DNA of 52,928 bases, from positions 1 through 52,928 of IMG/VR virus record IMGVR_UViG_3300037509_000106. One strand, given 5' to 3'. Each line of letters starts with the position of its first letter. Within the stretch, counting starts at the first letter, position 1. The position numbers and the translations under genes are program-made. Of the stretch, positions 26,938 through 33,709 are shown in pieces. Below the pieces are notes generated by a model that was not told where the DNA came from, ran no database searches, and was given only the letters and a program-made list of their open reading frames with translations. This DNA comes from a virus (lineage: Duplodnaviria > Caudoviricetes).

Positions 26938-27846
26938 TTAGCGGCGCTTTCGCGGGGGCGGGATGAAGCGCCCTTGGGCGTCGTAGCTGGGGGCGGCGGC
27001 CGCAGGGGACCTGGCCATGGTCGTCGTGGACGTGGAGGCCGTTGCCGTCACGTCGCCCTCGATCAACCTCCTGATCCTCATCGCGGGGTACTGGAGCGCG
27101 TCGTGCACGTGGGAGAAGCCGTTCTTGAGCGGCATTCCCAGGATCATTCCGGGGCCGGTGGAGTCGCCTCGCGGGCTCTCCTGGAACTTGTAGGCCCCCT
27201 TGAAGCCTTCGTAGAGGATCGGGCACTTCTCCCGGTCGATCACGAACCGGGGTTCGCCGTTGGGGAGGCGGTCGGTTAGCAGCCATGTGACCGCCGACCA
27301 ACGCGGCGCCCACACGTTGGAGCTCGCGTAGAGGTCGAAGCCGTGCTCCTGTGCCACCTGGGCCGCCGACTCCTTGCGAGTGCCGCTCCGCTGGGTGACG
27401 GTGGCATCGGCCCAGTGCTCCACGTCGCCCATCCGCTCGGGGATGAGTTCCCGGAGCGCTTCGGCCACCTTAGGGGCGAACGTCTCCATCGCGTCCTCTC
27501 CGAGGGAGACCTCCTCGAGGACGGCCTGCACCTGCTTTTCCTCCGTCAACTGCAGGTGGACGTACGCCGGGATGAGGGTCGCGCCGCAGTCCCAGCCGCC
27601 GAAGTCCTTGCTGCCGGGGAGCACCCTTAGGCCGGTTCGGTCGTGGAATCCGGGGATGAAGTCGGCGTACACAGGCTTGCCGTCGTACACGTCCTCCCGC
27701 ATCTCCATCTGGCGGTCCCAATCGTTGACGGGCACGCCGACGCGTTGCTCGGCCACCCACTCCGGCCCCTTCTCAGGGTCGGCGGAGTAGTGGACGGCAA
27801 GGAATCTCACTCCATTCCCAAGAGTCTCCGCGGCGAAGCCTTGCAT
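26938..27846 (-). CDS. terL: Terminase large subunit, C-terminal (nuclease-containing) part
   Basis: RNase H-like acidic motifs GGWDCG, WADAT, SHVHDALQY; own ATG with AGGA upstream. Confidence 0.85.
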   Translation of the reverse strand: MQGFAAETLGNGVRFLAVHYSADPEKGPEWVAEQRVGVPVNDWDRQMEMREDVYDGKPVYADFIPGFHDRTGLRVLPGSKDFGGWDCGATLIPAYVHLQLTEEKQVQAVLEEVSLGEDAMETFAPKVAEALRELIPERMGDVEHWADATVTQRSGTRKESAAQVAQEHGFDLYASSNVWAPRWSAVTWLLTDRLPNGEPRFVIDREKCPILYEGFKGAYKFQESPRGDSTGPGMILGMPLKNGFSHVHDALQYPAMRIRRLIEGDVTATASTSTTTMARSPAAAAPSYDAQGRFIPPPRKRR

Positions 27847-28565
27847 TTGAGTTCCTGGTAGTCCGTGTTCGGACTGGAGTTCGTGACGCCGACGATCAGG
27901 CCGTTCCGCGAACCGGCCGAAGCCTGCGTTACGAACCGTGCCTGGGCCCAGATCGATCCCGGCCGCCGGTAGAGGCTGATCTCCTCCATCGTCACGAACG
28001 TGTAACCGGAGCCCTGTAGCCCCTCGGGCTTTTCAAAGTGCTTCTCAACCCGCGAGCCGTTGGGCAGCACGACCGAGTCGAGCTGCTTGTCCGCGAGCGA
28101 GCCGTAGGGCGTGGGCTTGAGCAGTCCCCAGTCAGGGTTCCGCTTCCTGAGGTCGTCGTACAGGTGCCAGATGCGCCAGACGTGCTCGGCGGCGTCGGAG
28201 TGGGTGCGGTGGACGATGACGCCGTCCCCTCTCTTGAGCCCTAGCACCCACAACTCGAGCGCCCGGAGCAGCCACGAGGTGACGAGGCGGCGCGACTTCT
28301 CGATCAAGATCGGCTGGCCCTTGCGCCAGCACCGGACCCACTCGCGGGCAATGCGGCGAAGGTAGCGGCGGTCGGGAAACGGCTGGGTTGCGCTTTCTGC
28401 CTCGTTCCAGGTCCGGAGCTGGACGACGAACGACCAGGCCGATCGGGCGTCGGGCCTGCAGTACTCGTCCGGCCAAAGCGGTGGTGGGTCGCGCGGAGGG
28501 AGGAGCCCGCGCCTTTCAGCCTCCTCTCTTAGGCGCTGAATCAAGGAGTCTGAGGATGGTTGCAT
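27807..28565 (-). CDS. terL: Terminase large subunit, N-terminal ATPase part
   Basis: Walker A ILIEKSRRLVTS, Walker B FVTMEE, coupling motif VTNSSP. Confidence 0.85.
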   Translation of the reverse strand: MQPSSDSLIQRLREEAERRGLLPPRDPPPLWPDEYCRPDARSAWSFVVQLRTWNEAESATQPFPDRRYLRRIAREWVRCWRKGQPILIEKSRRLVTSWLLRALELWVLGLKRGDGVIVHRTHSDAAEHVWRIWHLYDDLRKRNPDWGLLKPTPYGSLADKQLDSVVLPNGSRVEKHFEKPEGLQGSGYTFVTMEEISLYRRPGSIWAQARFVTQASAGSRNGLIVGVTNSSPNTDYQELKCKASPRRLLGME

Positions 28566-29181
28566 CGTCGAGCATGCTCACGTCGATCTTCGTAGCGAGC
28601 TGCCCGAGTTCCTTGGCGACGTCGTTCTCAAGGTCGTTCAGGGCATCCAAGAGCGGCTTGTCGAGGCGGAACACGTCGACCTTGGTCTCGCAGACGCCCT
28701 TGACGTCCCGCGCCAGAAGGCCGGTCTCCTCGCCGATTCCGATCTGAGAGTAGAGCCCGTTGAGCTGCAGCTCGATCGCCGCCTGCTTTGCCTCGTCGTC
28801 CGTGTTGAGGAGCTCGTTCTCCAGGTTCTCGATCCGCCGCCGGATCTCGGGCAGCCCAGCTTGCCGGGCCTCCAGCAGGTCGACCAGGAGGTCGTGCCGC
28901 CTCTGCTTGGCGAGGAGTCGGTTCGCTTTCTTAGCGATCCCGCCGCGTACGCGCTCTTCGAGCTCCTCCGCGACTTCCGTCTGGATCCGCTCGATCTCCG
29001 CCTTGATCCGAGGCTTCTGACGGAGCTCGTACGCCCGCCGCCTCCAGAGGTCGCGGTTCTCGCTGTCGTAGGCCAGACCGTACGCCTCGGCGGCGGTGCG
29101 GTTGCGGCCCCGCTCGTCGGGGGTCGCGAAGAGCTCGCAGAACCTTTGCTCCTTGGGGGTCAGTGGTTCGGTCTCGGTCAT
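28516..29181 (-). CDS. terS: Terminase small subunit
   Basis: LTPKEQRFCE...AAEAYGLAY...AYELRQKPRIKAEI HTH pattern; upstream of terL. Confidence 0.85.
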   Translation of the reverse strand: MTETEPLTPKEQRFCELFATPDERGRNRTAAEAYGLAYDSENRDLWRRRAYELRQKPRIKAEIERIQTEVAEELEERVRGGIAKKANRLLAKQRRHDLLVDLLEARQAGLPEIRRRIENLENELLNTDDEAKQAAIELQLNGLYSQIGIGEETGLLARDVKGVCETKVDVFRLDKPLLDALNDLENDVAKELGQLATKIDVSMLDDATILRLLDSAPKRGG

Positions 29182-29366
29182 GGTGGGTTCCTATCGGTGG
29201 TGCAGGAGGGGGCTCTGCGTATCTTGCCGGAGTGGCTAGGTCGGGCTCACCGTTTCACGACACGGTTGCCAACCGTGCAGGGAGCCCCCTTCCGCAATTG
29301 GTGTGCCGCAGTGGTTCGCGCTGCGGCGCCGCGTTCCCCTCATTCCGCTTCCGGGCAGGGAAGTCG

Positions 29367-29516
29367 TTAGAAGTCGGCCACGTCGTCGCAGCCGCACGTC
29401 GGGCAGCAGACGCGATCGCCCTCGAGGATTGGGAGCCGCCGGGGCTCGTCGCCGATCCAGTCGCATTCGCAGCAGCCCCATCGCTCGGGGCGGGCGTCGA
29501 GGTCGAAGGCTTCCAT
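29367..29516 (-). CDS. Small zinc-finger protein (49 aa)
   Basis: MEAFDLDARPERWGCCECDWIG...CCPTCGCDDVADF; starts 2 nt after the upstream stop. Too short for the supplied ORF track. Confidence 0.65.
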   Translation of the reverse strand: MEAFDLDARPERWGCCECDWIGDEPRRLPILEGDRVCCPTCGCDDVADF

Positions 29517-29518
29517 GT

Positions 29519-29734
29519 CTACGGGGTAGGTGGCTCCCCTGGCTGCGGGCAGTTCGCCCGGCTCCAGGCGTTGAGGTCGATCAGCACGGCGGCGGCGAAG
29601 CTGGACAGCGCGATAGTGCCGATCTCTTTGAGGTCGGTCTTTCCCGCCACGATGGCGCCGGCGACGCCGGTCAGGGCTCCCACCGCGTAGCGGTTGAAGG
29701 CGAGGGCGAAGTCGAAGGGGGCTTTAGGCTTCAT
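29519..29734 (-). CDS. Putative holin (two hydrophobic helices, 71 aa)
   Basis: MKPKAPFDFALAFNRYAVGALTGVAGAIVAG...IGTIALSSFAAAVLIDL; ATGA-coupled; in the lysis cassette. Confidence 0.6.
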   Translation of the reverse strand: MKPKAPFDFALAFNRYAVGALTGVAGAIVAGKTDLKEIGTIALSSFAAAVLIDLNAWSRANCPQPGEPPTP

Positions 29735-29988
29735 TTTTCGCTCCGGGAGGCAAAGAAGGGCAGGCTCTTGAGCAATTGCTCCAAGAGGGTCTCGATGCGG
29801 ATTAGGCGGCCGTCCATCTTCTGCAGGCCGTCGATCTGCAGCTCGTGCTCGGCCGTTGCCTTTTCGAGCGCTTGGATCCGCTGGTCGTGCTTTTCGTGCT
29901 TGGTGCCGAGTTTCACGATGGAGACGACGCCGGCCACTATGGGCGGGGTCAGGATAGCCGCGATTGCGAGCTGTTCGGAAAGGGTCAT
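29731..29988 (-). CDS. TM + coiled-coil lysis-cassette protein (85 aa)
   Basis: N-terminal transmembrane helix followed by a heptad pattern ending RLIRIETLLE. Confidence 0.65.
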   Translation of the reverse strand: MTLSEQLAIAAILTPPIVAGVVSIVKLGTKHEKHDQRIQALEKATAEHELQIDGLQKMDGRLIRIETLLEQLLKSLPFFASRSEK

Positions 29989-30104
29989 GGTGGCGGAGAA
30001 GCTGCGAAGGCAAAGAGCAGCACGAGGCCAAGGGCGCCCGCCACGAGCAGGAGAGCGAAAAGGGCGATAAGGAGCGCTAGGAGCGCGGCTTCGGCGATAG
30101 GCAT
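29985..30104 (-). CDS. 39-aa hydrophobic peptide
   Basis: MPIAEAALLALLIALFALLLVAGALGLVLLFAFAASPPP; GGAGG upstream; TGA overlaps the next ATG. Confidence 0.65.
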   Translation of the reverse strand: MPIAEAALLALLIALFALLLVAGALGLVLLFAFAASPPP

Positions 30105-30277
30105 GGGGCCTCCAGACTCCAGCGCGGGTCCTGGGGGCCGAGGAACTTGTCGCGGGGCTCGTCTCGAACGAGCTCCGTTTCTCCGGCAAGATCGAGCACC
30201 CGCTGGGCCTCCTCGGCATCGCGAGCGGGAACGGCGACGGACAGGCCCGCAGGGCTCAGGAAATAGAACGCGGTCAC
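30077..30277 (-). CDS. Hypothetical protein (66 aa)
   Basis: GTGA-coupled to the upstream ORF. Confidence 0.5.
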   Translation of the reverse strand: MTAFYFLSPAGLSVAVPARDAEEAQRVLDLAGETELVRDEPRDKFLGPQDPRWSLEAPCLSPKPRS

Positions 30278-30471
30278 GGCCGCTTCCGCGCTGGGAAGCA
30301 GATCGGGCAGCGCATGGCCCCGCAGCGGGTCGCCACCGTCTCCGTCCCTCGGCACAGATGGCAGTTCGGGCTGGCCGTGGTCGGCTGGATCGGAGCGGAG
30401 GTCGGCGCGCCGGTGTTGCGCAGAAGGTCGGCGATGGTCACGCAGATGGCGGGGAAGGGCTTGGCAGTCAT
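30274..30471 (-). CDS. Small zinc-finger protein (65 aa)
   Basis: CHLC...CPIC; ATGA-coupled to the endolysin stop. Confidence 0.6.
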   Translation of the reverse strand: MTAKPFPAICVTIADLLRNTGAPTSAPIQPTTASPNCHLCRGTETVATRCGAMRCPICFPARKRP

Positions 30472-31040
30472 CTCAGTCGCTCCAGTTCGTCGATCGTGAC
30501 GAGGCAGTAGGGAACGGTCGTCTGGCCGTAGCCCGTGAGGAGGTTGGTGACCAGGGTGATGAACTCCGTGTACTGGTCCGGATGGATCGTCTGGCACCCT
30601 TCCGAGCTGGTGCTCGTCTTGCTGCCGCGGTGGATGTTGATGGCGATTCCGAAGTGCTCTCCTGGCTGGCCGTCGCGCGTCACCGGCAGCTTTTCGCCGG
30701 GTGTGGCGGGCCGAAGGGCAGGGTAGCCGCCGCCGGGCCGACTAATGCCGTGGTTCCCTCGCTTGTACGGGTGGATGCCAGGCTTCAGGGTGGCGATCCC
30801 CTTGCGGAACACGCTGGGGTCGGTGTTGCCGTTGAACGCGACGTGGACGCCGCCGGGGCCGACAACGAAGATCGCGTCGTCGTACTGGCCACGATCGTTC
30901 TGAGCAGGCTTGCCCATCGAGTCCTCGTAGTAGCCGCGCACGCCGAGGATGGCGACCTGCTTGGTCACTCCCTTGGCCTTGAGCACCTTGCGGGTGACGG
31001 CCTCGGACTGCTGGGGACGGGATGCGGGCTTAATGGGCAT
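30468..31040 (-). CDS. Putative endolysin, YkuD / L,D-transpeptidase-like Cys peptidase
   Basis: INIHRG-x6-SEGCQ catalytic motif; AGGAG RBS; first gene of the late operon next to holin-like genes. Confidence 0.75.
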   Translation of the reverse strand: MPIKPASRPQQSEAVTRKVLKAKGVTKQVAILGVRGYYEDSMGKPAQNDRGQYDDAIFVVGPGGVHVAFNGNTDPSVFRKGIATLKPGIHPYKRGNHGISRPGGGYPALRPATPGEKLPVTRDGQPGEHFGIAINIHRGSKTSTSSEGCQTIHPDQYTEFITLVTNLLTGYGQTTVPYCLVTIDELERLR

Positions 31041-31144
31041 GGGTGCTCCTGAAGGTTCGGGACGGACCGCACTCGCGTCTCTTGCGGCCTCGGGCCAGGG
31101 TGAACGGGTCGGTGCCGCCCCACGAAGTCCGCGAACGGACCCCG

Positions 31145-31188
31145 AAAACGACGAGGCCCCGGTCCGGGATCGCTCCCGCCGGGGCCTC
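31145..31188 (-). terminator. Terminator in the late-operon leader
   Basis: GAGGCCCCGG/CCGGGGCCTC stem followed by GTCGTTTT on the minus strand. Confidence 0.7.
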
Positions 31189-31363
31189 TAAGGGCATCCT
31201 CCGCACTCTGCGCAGGGGATGACCGGGCTAAATGTACAACAATCGCGGAGGTTTCCCCAACCGCCCCTCGCGCTTTTGCGTTGCAGGTAGCAACAAAGAC
31301 AACTTTTGCGCGGGAGGCCGCAAGAAAATCGCGCCGAGAAATTTTTGTAACTTGCTATTCGGC

Positions 31364-32158
31364 TTACGCCGACCGCTTCTGCGGCCGTGTCTTCGCTTTC
31401 GCCTCCCTTTCCGCCCGCCAAGCGTCCTCGTCCCAAGGCCGGTCGCTGCCCATGAAGAACATGGCCAGGTGCTGCCCGACTTCCCGGAACTCGTAATCCC
31501 GGCCTTCCCTGGGCTTGCCCAGCGGCTTCGAGGACTCCGGCACCCGGATGCCGACGATCGGGGCCTCGAAGACATCGGCCGGCGTGCGGCCCTTGGATGC
31601 GATCTCGACCAGCAGACTGCGGTGGATCCCGCCCAGCAGCGAGTCCAGTTGGCGCTCGGTCGACTGGTGCCGGAGGTTGCCGAGCAACGCGTGCTGAAGG
31701 CCTTTGAAACGAACGTTGCGCAGCAGCAGGGGCAGGGCCTCGTCCTCGGATCGGTCGGCGTAGTCGGTGTGCTGGTACGGTCCGACGCGCGGGTAGAGAG
31801 CCATCAGCAGGCCCATGTGGAAGGCGTAGGCCTCCGCCGACCGCGAAGCGAGCACCCGATCCACGAAGAGCTCGTACATCACGGGCGGGGGTAGGGTGCC
31901 TCTTGCCGCCCCGGGAACGTGCAGCTCGTCGACCCGCCACTGGCTGTGGACCTCGTCCCAGAACGCTGGCAGTTCCGGCGCGGGCACCCCGAAGATGCGC
32001 TCGAGGGTCGGGATGTCCGCTTGCTCCGCCTTGGCGTGCTTGCAGTTCGCCCACACGTCCAGCGCGTTCCGGGCACCACGGACGTCGTCCCGCTCCCAAA
32101 ACTCGGCATGACGGTTGCCCGTGTTGGCGTGCTGTCGATCGTCAGGCATGGCTGGCAC
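31364..32158 (-). CDS. Hypothetical protein in the late-regulator (Q-like) position
   Basis: 264 aa; last gene before the late leader. No recognised motif. Confidence 0.7.
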   Translation of the reverse strand: MPAMPDDRQHANTGNRHAEFWERDDVRGARNALDVWANCKHAKAEQADIPTLERIFGVPAPELPAFWDEVHSQWRVDELHVPGAARGTLPPPVMYELFVDRVLASRSAEAYAFHMGLLMALYPRVGPYQHTDYADRSEDEALPLLLRNVRFKGLQHALLGNLRHQSTERQLDSLLGGIHRSLLVEIASKGRTPADVFEAPIVGIRVPESSKPLGKPREGRDYEFREVGQHLAMFFMGSDRPWDEDAWRAEREAKAKTRPQKRSA

Positions 32159-32212
32159 TCTCCTGCGCGCGTTGGGCCGTCCGGGTCTGTCCGGTCACCG
32201 TTGCGTCACCGC

Positions 32213-33103
32213 TCACGATCCACGCTCCCTTTTCGCCGCTAGAATCGCCGACCGCTTCCGCTCGGCTTCCTGCTCTGCCGTTTCGCCCAGGTTGTTCACC
32301 GCAGGTGGCCGGTTTCCGAGGGCCACGCCGCCGGTCCGTTTGCGCCCGTCGCCGCCTTGGATGAGCTCAAGAACGGGATTCGGATCCGGATTCGCCTCCG
32401 GTTTCAGCGCCAAATTCCCCGCCGTAGGCGGTCCGGGGCCGAATTTGTTCGCTTGCGAATCTCCGGAATTCGCTTCGCTTGGCTTGGAAAGGGAAGGCTG
32501 GGCATGGGAAGGCATGGCATGGCTAGGCATGGCAACGCGCGCGCCCGTGGGGGCCCTATTTTCCGCCGATTTTACGGGCGTTTTTTCACGCATTTTATTC
32601 AGATTTAATTCATTTTTCGGCGTGTTTTCCGGGGGGTGAATTACGGGTGGAAAATCATTTTCTAATTGATTTTCCGACGGGTTTTCCTCCGGCTCGTGGT
32701 GCTTTTTCGGGGGTCTTCCGCGGGTCCTTTTGACCGCTGCGCCGCCCACGTAGAAGCCCTTGCCGTCCTTCTCCAGCTTTGCCCGCACCCAGTTCTCGCA
32801 GTGGTCGTGCCAGTCGTGGACGTAGAGGCGAGCGGGCTTGCCTGGCTCGGCTTCCCCCTCGACTTCGTCCAGCCACCGGCACTCGACCAGGGCCGCGATC
32901 AGCACGGCCGGCTTGACGTCGCACTTGGCGGCGTTGACGGCGATGACGCGGTCCCCGAAGCGGCCAAGGGCTCCGTCCGGGGCGTAACGCCCCGTGAACT
33001 CCCAGATGGCGCACAGGATGCCGTAGGCGTACGCCTGCGGGATGTCCAGCGCGTCCGCGAGGGCGAGCGTCTTGGGGTGGTCGATCGTGCCTAACTTGGC
33101 CAT
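32213..33103 (-). CDS. Phage replication initiator protein
   Basis: HPKTLALADAL...LCAIW...DG...LYVHDWHDH N-terminal domain typical of phage initiators; AT-rich low-complexity middle. Confidence 0.75.
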   Translation of the reverse strand: MAKLGTIDHPKTLALADALDIPQAYAYGILCAIWEFTGRYAPDGALGRFGDRVIAVNAAKCDVKPAVLIAALVECRWLDEVEGEAEPGKPARLYVHDWHDHCENWVRAKLEKDGKGFYVGGAAVKRTRGRPPKKHHEPEENPSENQLENDFPPVIHPPENTPKNELNLNKMREKTPVKSAENRAPTGARVAMPSHAMPSHAQPSLSKPSEANSGDSQANKFGPGPPTAGNLALKPEANPDPNPVLELIQGGDGRKRTGGVALGNRPPAVNNLGETAEQEAERKRSAILAAKRERGS

Positions 33104-33709
33104 CTATTGCTTCCTCGAGCCGTACAGGCTCCGTTGGGGTTGCGGTCTCGGTGGTTCGAGACTAAGCCTGCCTCCCGCAAGCACGGTCTCCACGTCGCGC
33201 CAGTAGACTTCGCGCTCCACGCTGCTCCAGCGCCCGTTCTCCTTGCTCCAGCCGATGACCACGAGCCTTTGGCCGCAGCCCAGCCAGTTACGCAGATGGG
33301 CTCTCGCCTTGTCGTCCTTAGCGATGTCCCGGATGTGTGGGAGGACTTCGGCGCGGGAAGTGAGCTGGATACCTACGGCGCAGGCGTCCCCTTCGCGCAC
33401 GGCGATCATGTCCAGGAATCCGAACAGGTCGTGCCACCGGCCAGAGTAGGCGTTGTACTGGTCGCACCGGCTCACCGAGTACCCGCGCTTTCGCCATAGG
33501 TCGTAGGTCGGACGGTTGAAGTCCGATGGCTTGGCCTTTTTCGCTTTGCCGCTTCCACCTCCCACGCTCAGTTCGGGGTCGCCCTTCTCGGCCAGCTCCT
33601 GAAGGTTCTGGCCGAGGCTCTTTACGGGCGCGGTAGACCGAGGCCTGCGCTCGGCGGGAGGCAGGTTCTCAGGCATGGTGGAGCCGAACAGGTCTTCCTC
33701 AGGAGGCAA
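33104..33709 (-). CDS. PD-(D/E)XK-fold nuclease (resolvase/VRR-NUC-like)
   Basis: RKRGYSV...DLFGFLDMIAV...GIQLTS. Confidence 0.65.
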   Translation of the reverse strand: MPPEEDLFGSTMPENLPPAERRPRSTAPVKSLGQNLQELAEKGDPELSVGGGSGKAKKAKPSDFNRPTYDLWRKRGYSVSRCDQYNAYSGRWHDLFGFLDMIAVREGDACAVGIQLTSRAEVLPHIRDIAKDDKARAHLRNWLGCGQRLVVIGWSKENGRWSSVEREVYWRDVETVLAGGRLSLEPPRPQPQRSLYGSRKQ

